A program made the translations under genes and the position numbers. Source: an uncultured delta proteobacterium (lineage in GTDB: Bacteria; Myxococcota; Myxococcia; Myxococcales; Myxococcaceae). From it: a DNA stretch of 64,000 nt. Where the stretch lies: the NCBI GenBank assembly GCA_963713045.1, contig CAVQKE010000001.1, positions 256,001-320,000 of the forward strand, given 5' to 3'. Positions 1 through 8,838 of this stretch are shown piece by piece; within the stretch, counting starts at the first letter, position 1, and each line of letters opens with the position of its first letter. Below the pieces are notes generated by a model. That model saw nothing but the letters and a program-made list of their open reading frames with translations, searched no databases and was not told where the DNA came from.

Positions 1-2
1 CC

Positions 3-917
3 GAGGCCGAGAAGGCCGGCGTGGGTCTCCTCGCGCCGGAACTCGACGTGCTCTTCTCCAGCGGGCGGAACGGGGACACGCTCGAGACTGTTCTCGCCGC
101 GCTCGAAGCCCCCGAGCAGAAGCTGCTCCCCGCGTACCGCGAGAGCCCCTACTGGGAGCAAGAGACGTGGGCCTGGCTGATGGGTGCGCGTGGGCGGCTG
201 AGTACCGTGTTCCGCGCGATGCGGACGGCGGGATTCGTCCAGTTCCGGGAGCAGAGTGCGGGACGCGCGCTCGCTGCGCGGGTGGCGAGCGTTCGCCACG
301 ACCTAGGCGGCTTCGATGTCATCGCGTGGGAGGAGAAGCTGACCGGCCGCATCTTTGATCCGACAATCAACATCGTGCTTCTGCTGTTCTGCAAGCCACA
401 CGGGATCAAGGTGCAGGGGCAGACCTTCCTCCAGGCATATGATTACGACATCCCGACCACAGTGCGGATCGCCGCGCACGAGATGTTGCACCCCCCAGTC
501 CCAATGGACGGGGCGGCGGCGCGCGCCGCGCTGGCAGTGATCTCGAAAGACCCACTGATGACACGGATCGTGCACGATCACGATCCGCGCTGGGGGTACA
601 CGACGTTGGAAGGGCTTCTGAACGAGGACCTGTGCCAGGCGCTGGACCAGCTGATCAGCGAGGCGCTGGGCGTGGGCCGAAATCCCGCCAACCGCTGGCG
701 GGAGTCGGACGACGGGATGCACGTGCTTGCGGCAGGATTGTACGCCTACCTGCTCGAGGACCGCTGGGAGGAGCTTGGCGGGTCCATCGAGAGGTGGCTC
801 GGTGAACTCGCGGCCAGCGGGCGCCTCGACCCCGAGCGGCTGCACGCAACGGCCGCCGCGGTCCTGGAGCGCCCGGTGACGCGGCTCTGGCCATTGGACG
901 CTGACACGGGTCGCTAG
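3..917 (+). CDS. Hypothetical protein with HExxH motif (possible zinc metallopeptidase), 5'-truncated by window edge
   Basis: Frame is open from the window start. Contains AAHEMLH and a downstream acidic helix (GLLNEDL), a gluzincin-like spacing. Confidence 0.6.
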   Translation, partial: EAEKAGVGLLAPELDVLFSSGRNGDTLETVLAALEAPEQKLLPAYRESPYWEQETWAWLMGARGRLSTVFRAMRTAGFVQFREQSAGRALAARVASVRHDLGGFDVIAWEEKLTGRIFDPTINIVLLLFCKPHGIKVQGQTFLQAYDYDIPTTVRIAAHEMLHPPVPMDGAAARAALAVISKDPLMTRIVHDHDPRWGYTTLEGLLNEDLCQALDQLISEALGVGRNPANRWRESDDGMHVLAAGLYAYLLEDRWEELGGSIERWLGELAASGRLDPERLHATAAAVLERPVTRLWPLDADTGR

Positions 918-970
918 GAGCGACGCTCTCTCGAGCGACTGCGCTGTCCAAGCCTCGAGCAGCCGACGGG

Positions 971-1235
971 CTACGACCACTCGCTGCTCAGCGGTTCGTC
1001 GGGCTGGTCCCCCTTTCTGTTTGGGGCTCCTCGTTCTGAGCAATCGGGTGAGCAGGGAAAACACGAGGGTCGGCCCTGCAACTGTCGCGATACCCACGAC
1101 GACGAAGGCCGCGTGGCGGAGAAAGTCCGGGCGAGAAAAGGCGCCATGAAGGGCGGGCAGTCCAAGGATGACCGCCGCGTAGCACCCTAAGGGGACGAGG
1201 AGTGTTAGGCCGGCGTTGCGCTGGTTAGCCGCCAT
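971..1235 (-). pseudogene. Probable frameshifted C-terminal extension of exosortase K (3' end uncertain)
   Basis: The +1 frame overlapping the xrtK stop reads PLGCYAAVILGLPALHGAFSRPDFLRHAAFVVVGIA (two TM-like segments). As I recall, long XrtK proteins end with such a tail. This frame has no stop until 303. Confidence 0.4.
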
Positions 1236-1761
1236 GGAACATCCGATCGACCGCACGGTGGGCGCAGCGGTACAAGAGAATGAGCGCGCCCGTGTACACC
1301 ACCACGCCAAGCAGCCGATGGGCGTCTCCCTCGGAGAGGAAGGCACCGTAGGTGGAACGGTGGGCGTGGAGGGCGATGGCGAACCCAATGCGGACCGCAT
1401 TGGCTCCGAGGGTGCAGAGATACGCTGAGGCGGCCGAGGCGCTCAATAACAGGAGCCCACCACGCCAAGACTTCACCCGTTCCGCGAACCCCACAACGCC
1501 GGAGAGGAACACGGCACTGAGGAAGTTCACACCGGCACAGGCCGGCGCGATGAGGAAGTGAGCGTCGGCGTCGAGAAAGCCCTGCCCGGCAATCCAGTCA
1601 AAGCGCCCCACATGCGCCACGTCGAGCAGGGCGGCGGTTGGCACGAGAAGCCAGCGGAGGCCCTCGGCACTGGCGTGGGACGCCGCGGCCTTGGCCCCCA
1701 AGACCCCGGCCCCGGCCGTTCCCCAAATGACCGCCCGCCCCACCACGCTAAGCGCGCCCAT
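1225..1761 (-). CDS. xrtK: Exosortase K-like transpeptidase
   Basis: Membrane protein with IAPACAGVNF (Cys), NAVRI (Arg) and AHRLLG (His), the exosortase triad. Overlaps the end of a VIT/vWA gene. Confidence 0.8.
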   Translation of the reverse strand: MGALSVVGRAVIWGTAGAGVLGAKAAASHASAEGLRWLLVPTAALLDVAHVGRFDWIAGQGFLDADAHFLIAPACAGVNFLSAVFLSGVVGFAERVKSWRGGLLLLSASAASAYLCTLGANAVRIGFAIALHAHRSTYGAFLSEGDAHRLLGVVVYTGALILLYRCAHRAVDRMFHGG

Positions 1762-3772
1762 GGCGTCCTTCCACCACGTGGGCTTGGAGCCGCCGCCGAG
1801 CCGAGGACCAAACCAGCAGCGCCATTGCTACCGTCAGCACCCAAATCAGGGCGGGCTCGTCCCCCTGGACTACCTCGCCGCCCCCGACCGCCGTGTCTTC
1901 CACGCCTGCTGGGAGTGGAAGGGGCTGCTGCACATTGCGGCCTGGGCTGGAGGTCCGGACTTCCTCGGATACCGCGATGAAGGACGTGTAGGCAGTCAGC
2001 AAGCTGTACTTCAACCCCAGCTCCACAACCTGCGGCTTCAGCTGTTCCCTGTTGTCGCCGTAGTCCTCCAGTGCAGCGATGCGTTCGCGGGCCCAGGTGT
2101 AGCGCAGTGGGGCGTTGGCGTCGGTGGGCTCTGCCTGGCTGACATCAAAGGTCTGGACGTAGTCTCCTTCACCCGTCCTGCCGGTGAGACGGAGCGTGCC
2201 TGTTCGCGGGCCCTGCCACTTGCCCAACAGGACGATCGGCCGATCGGCCAGTACGTCAGGAATTCCCTGCGGCTCGACGTCGGAGATGTCAAAGCCGTCC
2301 GCCTCGAGGTGGATATCCGTGAGGACCGGCCGGCCCACGTAGCTCAAGAAGCGTTGCGCCTCGGCGGCGGCGTCAGACGGCTTGAGGACGACGAAGGACT
2401 CGCCCAGACCCGCCTTGGCAATGCCATCCACCAGGTAGCGGTTTACGGCCGAGCCGATTCCGAAGCAGAAGATGTTGGCATTCCCGAGGTTGTCGCGAAC
2501 GGTTTGAAAGAGTTCCTTTTCGGTGGAGATGTAGCCATCGGTGATGACAATGAAGGTCCGGGACATTCCTTCCTGTCGCGGCAGGCTCAAGGCCTTGAGC
2601 AGCGCCGGCCTAAGTTCGGTCCCTCCACCGCCGCGCTCACGGTCCAGATAGTCCATCGCGGTGGAGAGGTTGTCCGGCGTTGCCTGGAGGGAGGCGGGTG
2701 ACATGAGCCGGAACGCTCCGGAGAAGAGCAGGAGGTTGAACGAATCCTGCGGCCGGAGGCCTGCCACGAGCTGCCCCATCAAGGTCTTGGCCGTCTTGAG
2801 CGGAAAGCCCATCATGGAGCCGGACACGTCGATGACAAAGACGTATTCCCGCGGGGGCAACTCGTCGGTTGTCACGCGCCTCGGAGGCTGGACCATGAGC
2901 ATGAAGAAGTTCTCATCCGTCCCCTGGTAGAGAGACAGTCCGGACTGGACGGCCTTTCCCGTCAAGGCGTAGCGCAGGACGAAGTCGCGGTTTCCGCCCG
3001 AGTTCTCCTTGGGGTCCAACGCGACGACGGCGCGCATTGGGCTGCGATAGCTCACCTGGACGGCGTGGGATGTGGAACCAAGCCCTTCCAGGGGGACGCC
3101 CGCGGTTATGCCGCCCGAGATGGAGAAGCCCGCCGGCGAATCTGTACCCTCGTGTAGGTATGGGCTCTCGATAAATGCGTCTGTTGGCTGAGCCTCCGAG
3201 GCCTTGATGGCGGAGTAGCGCGGCCCCACCACGGTGGGGAACACGAACTCGTAGATGCCTGAGGTGGGAACTAGGAGCTCCGTATAGTGGAGCTCCACCT
3301 TCACCTCCTCGTTGGGGAGGATGTTGGCCACGCTCATCTGAAACACGTTGGGGCGGTGCTGCTCGAGCAGCGAGGCGCTCTTGCCGCTCTGCTTGGCCAC
3401 CTCGTACGTCTTGCGCGCCTCCTCACGCTCCTTGATTTGCGCGTGGATGATCCGGTCCTTCAGCCGCATGGTCAGTCCGTGCACGGCTGCCCGGGTGGAC
3501 GCGGGGAAAACGTATTCGGCGCTGATGGGTACCGTGCCCCGGTTCTGGTACGTCTGCTCCACCGTGACGTCTGCGCTGGTGCCGGAGATGTCAAAGTGGA
3601 CCTGTGTCCCCTGCAGCGGGAAGGTCTCCTCGCCACCCGACTCGCCGCGGACGACAAAATACGGGGCGAGGATTCGATCCCCGTTAGTTTGGGAAAAGGC
3701 GCCGGTACCCAGAAGGCAAAGCGCCACCGTGAAAAGTCCTGTCCATCCGTTTGCTCTTCCTAGACCTCGCAT
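1748..3772 (-). CDS. Secreted VIT + vWA domain protein with PEP-CTERM-like C-terminal sorting signal
   Basis: GGAGG RBS before ATG 3772; signal peptide; VIT motif (AEYVFP...AVHGLTM); MIDAS DVSGS and ITDG; C-terminus GDEP + hydrophobic helix + RRR. Confidence 0.9.
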   Translation of the reverse strand: MRGLGRANGWTGLFTVALCLLGTGAFSQTNGDRILAPYFVVRGESGGEETFPLQGTQVHFDISGTSADVTVEQTYQNRGTVPISAEYVFPASTRAAVHGLTMRLKDRIIHAQIKEREEARKTYEVAKQSGKSASLLEQHRPNVFQMSVANILPNEEVKVELHYTELLVPTSGIYEFVFPTVVGPRYSAIKASEAQPTDAFIESPYLHEGTDSPAGFSISGGITAGVPLEGLGSTSHAVQVSYRSPMRAVVALDPKENSGGNRDFVLRYALTGKAVQSGLSLYQGTDENFFMLMVQPPRRVTTDELPPREYVFVIDVSGSMMGFPLKTAKTLMGQLVAGLRPQDSFNLLLFSGAFRLMSPASLQATPDNLSTAMDYLDRERGGGGTELRPALLKALSLPRQEGMSRTFIVITDGYISTEKELFQTVRDNLGNANIFCFGIGSAVNRYLVDGIAKAGLGESFVVLKPSDAAAEAQRFLSYVGRPVLTDIHLEADGFDISDVEPQGIPDVLADRPIVLLGKWQGPRTGTLRLTGRTGEGDYVQTFDVSQAEPTDANAPLRYTWARERIAALEDYGDNREQLKPQVVELGLKYSLLTAYTSFIAVSEEVRTSSPGRNVQQPLPLPAGVEDTAVGGGEVVQGDEPALIWVLTVAMALLVWSSARRRLQAHVVEGRHGRA

Positions 3773-3805
3773 GCTGTTCCTCCGCACTGGCGAGTGGCGG
3801 CACTT

Positions 3806-3820
3806 GCAAGGGGGCGGCCA
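3806..3820 (-). promoter_or_regulatory. Putative sigma-54 -24/-12 promoter for the VIT/xrtK operon
   Basis: Minus strand reads TGGCCGC-CCCC-TTGC with canonical GG-N10-GC spacing, about 34 nt upstream of the ATG. Confidence 0.6.
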
Positions 3821-4120
3821 GGTCCGGACGGGCGAAACGCGGCGAGGATGGAGAGCGAACGTGGGTCTTGGGCCGCAGACCGTGGCACCTTGCACGCAGG
3901 GCAGCGGTATGCGCAGCCGCGGTCCGGCCTTCCCTACCCCAGCCGCCTCCGCCGACGAACCCAGACGAAGCTCAGGAAGGTTTTAGTTCGTTGGATGCAG
4001 AGCACTCTTGAAGCCGAGCCTGTTCGGCGTCCCCGTCTGCGGGGACTACCGGCGCGTCGAGTGTCGGGCCGATCCCACGGTGACTCTATTGGCACTCCGA
4101 CGACCGCAGTACCGAAGGAC

Positions 4121-4162
4121 GACTGTTAATCACCACGTCCCAGGTTCGAGTCTGAAGCGGGA
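4121..4162 (+). other. Degenerate 3'-half tRNA-Asn(GTT) fragment, possible attR scar
   Basis: GA-CTGTTAA-TCACC (anticodon loop plus 3' stem strand), then GTCCCAGG-TTCGAGT-CTG (T arm). No D arm or 5' acceptor strand upstream. Confidence 0.6.
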
Positions 4163-4385
4163 TATTTGGATCGGCAAAAGCAGCGCGGGGCGCCGATGAC
4201 TCGGCCATCTCGACCCGGGTGATTCCCAGGGACGAAGACCTCATGATCGCCGGTCCACGTCTACCGTGCTAGGCCTGGCGGCAACCTGAGCTTCGGCGTC
4301 GACCTCCGAGAAGGCCCAGAGAGTGAATTTTAATGTCTGGTGACGTCAAGGCCAAGTTCGACGCGCCACGGGCCGGCACGTCTGC

Positions 4386-5054
4386 TTGAGGCATGTGAGC
4401 CAGCGCGAACGGGTAGCCCTCGTGCTTCTGATGCTCGCGCCGCCAGCCAAGGCGACGCCATCGGCCAACGAGGCGTCGGCCCCAACCACCAGCTCCGAGG
4501 CGACGAACGCACCCTGGGATTTCGGCTTTTTGGTCTCCGGCTTCTATTACCCGGACCAGAGTGGATACCTCCAGCCAACCGTGACCGTTGACCACGGCTG
4601 GCTGCATCTTGAAGCGAGGTACAACGATGAGGCCTTGCAGACGGCGTCACTGTGGGTGGGATGGAACCTCGCCTGGGGAGAGGAGCTCAAGCTCTCGCTG
4701 ACCCCAATGGTCGGCGGCATCTTCGGGAAGGAGAACGGCATCGCACCCGGGCTCGAGTGGTCGCTCGCCTGGGGGCCCCTTGAGCTCTCGTCTGAGAATG
4801 AGTTCGTGATCGACCTAGGGAATCTGGAGCAGAGCTACTTCTATGCCCGGTCCGAGCTGAACGTCCGGCCTCTCCCTTGGCTGCACGCGGGGGTAGCGCT
4901 CCAGCGGACGAAGGTGCACGCGGTCCCTCGAGTAGCCTCCTGGGGGCCACTGATCGGCGTGTCGGTCTGGAAGTTTGAGGTGGCCGCCTCGTGGTTCAAC
5001 CCAGGCCAGGCCGACGCCCAGTACTGGGCGGTGTACGTTGGCTTTCACCTGTGA
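4386..5054 (+). CDS. Hypothetical outer-membrane beta-barrel-like protein (start uncertain)
   Basis: Signal-like N-terminus, alternating aromatic/hydrophobic strands, C-terminal VYVGFHL. Confidence 0.6.
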   Translation: MRHVSQRERVALVLLMLAPPAKATPSANEASAPTTSSEATNAPWDFGFLVSGFYYPDQSGYLQPTVTVDHGWLHLEARYNDEALQTASLWVGWNLAWGEELKLSLTPMVGGIFGKENGIAPGLEWSLAWGPLELSSENEFVIDLGNLEQSYFYARSELNVRPLPWLHAGVALQRTKVHAVPRVASWGPLIGVSVWKFEVAASWFNPGQADAQYWAVYVGFHL

Positions 5055-5758
5055 TGCGTCCACTCGAGGGATTGCCGAAAAACGCTGGGACGAGGAAGGG
5101 CAAGTGGCCAGTGCATCCGGGCCAAAAGCGCGTCCTCAGTCCAGTGGAACGGCTGTCTGAGATCGTCTTTGGCCTCATCATGACGCTCTCGATTACCGGG
5201 ACACTGAGCGTCGCCGAGAATGGCAGGAGCGACGTTCGCACAATGCTCATCGGAGCTCTTGGTTGCAACACGGCTTGGGGCATCGTCGACGCGTTGATGT
5301 ACTTGGTCGTCGTGCTGACCGAGCGGTATCGCGGTCTGGCTTTGTTGCACGCCGTCCGGGGCGAGCCGGACACCGAGGACGCCCATCGGATGATCGCGGA
5401 CCGTCTTCCTCCGCTCATCGCAGCCTCTATCCAAGCGCCCGAACTCGAGAGCTTGCGCCGGCGATTCGCGGAAATGACCGTCATACCCTCGGCGGGACTG
5501 ACTCGGCGCGACGTGCTCGGCGCCCTCGGCGTGTTCCTGCTCGTCTTCCTCAGTACCCTCCCGGTCGTCTTGCCATTCCTCCTCCCGGTCGCGCCGCTGC
5601 GGGCGCTCCGCCTGTCGAATGCAGTGGCCGTGGCGATGCTCTTCGCGCTGGGGTACCGACTCGGCCAGTACATCAGCAGATGGCCATTCCTCTTCGGAGT
5701 TTGCGCGGTTGCGGTGGGTGGGGCGCTCGTTGGCCTCACGATCGCGCTTGGAGGCTGA
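5054..5758 (+). CDS. VIT1/CCC1-like membrane protein
   Basis: TGATG overlap with upstream gene; ERLSEIVFGLIM...GCNTAWGIVD and several TM helices. Confidence 0.65.
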   Translation: MRPLEGLPKNAGTRKGKWPVHPGQKRVLSPVERLSEIVFGLIMTLSITGTLSVAENGRSDVRTMLIGALGCNTAWGIVDALMYLVVVLTERYRGLALLHAVRGEPDTEDAHRMIADRLPPLIAASIQAPELESLRRRFAEMTVIPSAGLTRRDVLGALGVFLLVFLSTLPVVLPFLLPVAPLRALRLSNAVAVAMLFALGYRLGQYISRWPFLFGVCAVAVGGALVGLTIALGG

Positions 5759-5935
5759 CGTCTAGGCTTCGCGCGACCGGCCGATCGAATCAACACGGAA
5801 ACCCAGCGCCCTTTCGCCTCGTAGCGAGAACTAGAACGCCCGGCAAGCTACGAGGGCTTGCCCTTTGGGTCGCCTCGATCGCGCGACCGGCGTCTCCCTC
5901 GGCCCCCCTCGCGGGGTTTCACGTCGTAGGCGCTA

Positions 5936-6865
5936 CTAGTCTTCTGCCGGCGGCGCGGTGACTTTCCAAGAATCGTCCGGATTGAATCGCGTCATGGCCA
6001 TGGCCTGCCCAGCCGTGTTCGACCCGAGGTCCTTCTGGAAGACCACTCCTGCCTGGTTGACGAGAAACGTCATTATTCCCGACTTGCCGTAGGAGGCCGG
6101 ATAGGCGACCAGAGCGAATCCGCCGACGAGCTTGCCCTGCAACACATAGTTGAGGCTGCCGCCCTCAGCGTGTGGGCCCTGTGCCGTTAGGATTCGATAG
6201 AAATAGCCATGGTACGGCGCGCGCTTGCCGTGCTGGGGGTCATAGCCCTCTCGCCTCGCGCCACCAACAGCCGGCCCGAGAGGGCTCTCCGGCTTCCCCT
6301 GTTCCGTTGGCCAGTAGAGGCCGTCCTGCTTGCCCGGTGAGCTGATGAGTTTGCTGGCGTAGTGAGGGAGGGCCTCGCCGTCCGGATTCAACTCGCGGTA
6401 CTCGCGCTGTGCTTCGACATAGTTCCGGCAGACTTGGATGGCATCTAGCTCGTTGCGGCCCACGCGCCGCGCGAGGATTTCCTCCTCACCCGCCTTGGGC
6501 TCAAAGACCCAGCCCTTCTTAGTCTTCGCTAGGGGGATGGCGAAGGGCCAGTCGTCGTCCCCCAACATCAAGGTGCGTGAAGTGTCAGTTGGAGCGACCA
6601 AGGCATGAGCGTGGTCATACTTTTCGACGAAGCGAAGAAGTGCAGCCCGGTCTGCGACCGCATCCCCGGATTCGAGCAGCGAGCGCGCGCCGCTTCCCAG
6701 CACGCCCAGCACCGCATCCATTTCCCCGGTACGTGCCGCCTCGACCAGCGCTTGCGTCGCCTCCTCCGGAGTGGCGAACGCACGGCCCGCAGCGGCCAGC
6801 ACCGGAGAGGCGCCAGCGGTAACCAGCAGCAAAACGAGCCAAACGTTGGTGCGACGAGTTGCCAT
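5936..6865 (-). CDS. DUF2950 family periplasmic protein
   Basis: FATPEEA, WPFAIPL, RRVGRNE, PYHGYFYRILTAQG, GFALVAYPASYG motifs; follows DUF3300. Confidence 0.85.
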   Translation of the reverse strand: MATRRTNVWLVLLLVTAGASPVLAAAGRAFATPEEATQALVEAARTGEMDAVLGVLGSGARSLLESGDAVADRAALLRFVEKYDHAHALVAPTDTSRTLMLGDDDWPFAIPLAKTKKGWVFEPKAGEEEILARRVGRNELDAIQVCRNYVEAQREYRELNPDGEALPHYASKLISSPGKQDGLYWPTEQGKPESPLGPAVGGARREGYDPQHGKRAPYHGYFYRILTAQGPHAEGGSLNYVLQGKLVGGFALVAYPASYGKSGIMTFLVNQAGVVFQKDLGSNTAGQAMAMTRFNPDDSWKVTAPPAED

Positions 6866-6874
6866 GGTCGTCCT

Positions 6875-8425
6875 TTACCGCCTGCGGCCGCCGCCACCGC
6901 CGCGTGATGCTCCACCCCCGCCGCCGAAGCTCGAGTTCCCGCGAGCGCTCGCCTGCCTGGTCTGTGCACCGCTGTTCATGCCGCCGAAAGCCGCGCCCCC
7001 GCTGGCGCCACCTCCACGTCCGCCAGCGCCGGACGAACTGGTCCCCCACCCGCGGTCCCCGCCGGAGGGGTGTCCACCTGCCGGCATTTGACTTGGACGG
7101 CCCGCACCGCCGGCCGGCTGCTGCCCGGCGGTGACCCCGCCTCCTGAAGACCCTGGGCTCGGGCGCCCAGCTCCGCCGGCCGGCTGCTGCCCTGCAGTGG
7201 CCCCGCCTCCCGAAGCCCCTTGGCTCGGTCGCCCGGCACCGCCCGCCGGTTGCTGCCCGGCCGCCGCTCCCCCTCCCGCGGGCGTCTGGCTCGGACGCGC
7301 GGCGCCGCCGGCCGGCTGCTGCCCGGCGGTTGCTCCCCCTCCCGCCGGCGTCTGGCTCGGACGCGCGGCACCGCCGGCCGGTTGCTGCCCGGCGGTTGCT
7401 CCCCCTCCCGCCGGCGTCTGGCTCGGGCGCCCGGCACCGCCCGCCGGTTGCTGCCCTGCGGTCGCTCCCCCTCCCGCCGGCGTCTGGCTCGGTGTCCCAG
7501 CAGCAGGCCCTGCAGGGCGGGGCGTCGGCGCGGGAGCGCCCGCGGGCGGAGGGGCCCCACCGGCTGGCGGCGCCGGGGTGGTGGTCGGCGGACGCGTGCT
7601 GGTCGGCGGACGCGCGCCGCCTGGGGGATAGGCACCCGGCGGTCGGTACGCTGGCGGCCGGTACGGAGGATAGCGGGGGTAGACCGGATAGGGAGGGTAG
7701 CGCCAGTAGCTCGAGCCGATGGCGAAACCGATGCTGAATGACACGACCGCCGCGCCCGCAACGTAGCCAGGCGGGTAAACCGGAGGCGGCGGATAGGCCG
7801 GATAGACCCAGGTGCCGTAGACCACCGTCGGGCTGTACACCGGAACGTAGATGACCTGGGGATTGGCCGGCTCAATCCGGATGATTGTGGCCGCCTCCGA
7901 CGTCCCGCCATCCCCTTGCGCTTCGGGCACCGACTCCACCTTGACGGTCTGTTGGGGCGACGACGCCAAGTTTCCAGCTGCTAAGGCTCTTGCCCGGAGC
8001 TGCTGCACCGCAAAAAAAACCGCGTCGCGCTGGCTGCGGTAGGCCTCACCGAGGTCTCGCGCCCAGTCCTGGTGCTCGGTCAACATCTTCATCACGTCAG
8101 GCAGCGAGACCAGTGCCTTCACACTGGCGTCCCAAGGTTGCGCCTCGAGGGCCGCATCGAGTTCCTTCCCAGAAAGCCCTGGATGCGCCTGCGCCCACTT
8201 CTGCGCTTCCAATACTTGCAGGAGGCGGGTGGACGCCTCGAATACCTGCCCGAGCAGCGGATCCGGGAAGAGGGCCACAGGGGAGACCAGCGCCTCAAGC
8301 TGCTCCGGTGGAACCACCGCGGGACTCCCGGACCTCGACGCCGGAGGCGTCGGCTGCTGAGCTGCGGATGTGCCCGTCCAAGCGACGAGAAAACAGCCGA
8401 CCATCAGGTTTCGCCAACCCAACAT
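6875..8425 (-). CDS. DUF3300 domain protein with Pro/Gly-rich repeat tail
   Basis: LVSPVALFPDPLL, WDASVKAL, IEPANPQVIYVPVY motifs; signal peptide. Confidence 0.85.
   Translation of the reverse strand: MLGWRNLMVGCFLVAWTGTSAAQQPTPPASRSGSPAVVPPEQLEALVSPVALFPDPLLGQVFEASTRLLQVLEAQKWAQAHPGLSGKELDAALEAQPWDASVKALVSLPDVMKMLTEHQDWARDLGEAYRSQRDAVFFAVQQLRARALAAGNLASSPQQTVKVESVPEAQGDGGTSEAATIIRIEPANPQVIYVPVYSPTVVYGTWVYPAYPPPPVYPPGYVAGAAVVSFSIGFAIGSSYWRYPPYPVYPRYPPYRPPAYRPPGAYPPGGARPPTSTRPPTTTPAPPAGGAPPPAGAPAPTPRPAGPAAGTPSQTPAGGGATAGQQPAGGAGRPSQTPAGGGATAGQQPAGGAARPSQTPAGGGATAGQQPAGGAARPSQTPAGGGAAAGQQPAGGAGRPSQGASGGGATAGQQPAGGAGRPSPGSSGGGVTAGQQPAGGAGRPSQMPAGGHPSGGDRGWGTSSSGAGGRGGGASGGAAFGGMNSGAQTRQASARGNSSFGGGGGASRGGGGGRRR
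7085..7492. repeat. 66-bp in-frame tandem repeat, about 6 copies (PSQTPAGGGATAGQQPAGGAGR)
   Basis: CGTCTGGCTCGG recurs at 7283, 7349, 7415 and 7481; diverged copies at 7217, 7151 and 7085. Confidence 0.95.
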
Positions 8426-8838
8426 GGGTACACCTTCGCAGAGAACTTCGCGCCGCGCTCCCGGAAAGCACCGCGGGCCACCTCAAGCGGAGGCCCGCCA
8501 CTGGGCGTAAGTACACCGGCGCCCGTTGAAAACGTACGCGGACCAGGAATAGGCGGCCTTCTGCGTCGGCTCCAGCCCTTTCGCAGAGGGTTATCCCCGC
8601 TGGCAAGCACTACGTCTTTGGGTTGGTTGCTCGCTGCGGGGCTTCCCCCGACTGGAACGCTCCGAACGCTGCACCGCGCTGAGAACCTCGCGCGTCCGCT
8701 GACGGCGTAACGCTTGACTCAGCGAATGATGTGCCCCACTTTTGCGGCGACTCGGCCGGCTTGTGGCAGGGCGCCTGCGTTGCTCGAGCGCCGGCTGGTC
8801 GGCGCGGGGGCCCTCCTCCGAGAGAGAAGGCAACTCCC

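Noticed and set aside
303..1400. 365-aa minus-strand ORF as a real gene
   Set aside because: Overlaps xrtK and 600 bp of the convergent gene; only the 1235 to ~1030 part looks protein-like.
4100..4170. Functional tRNA-Asn
   Set aside because: No D arm or 5' acceptor strand, broken anticodon and T stems, no CCA; kept only as a remnant.
7085..7492. Regular repeats as a possible CRISPR array
   Set aside because: Contiguous 66-bp units without unique spacers, in frame within a CDS; no cas genes.
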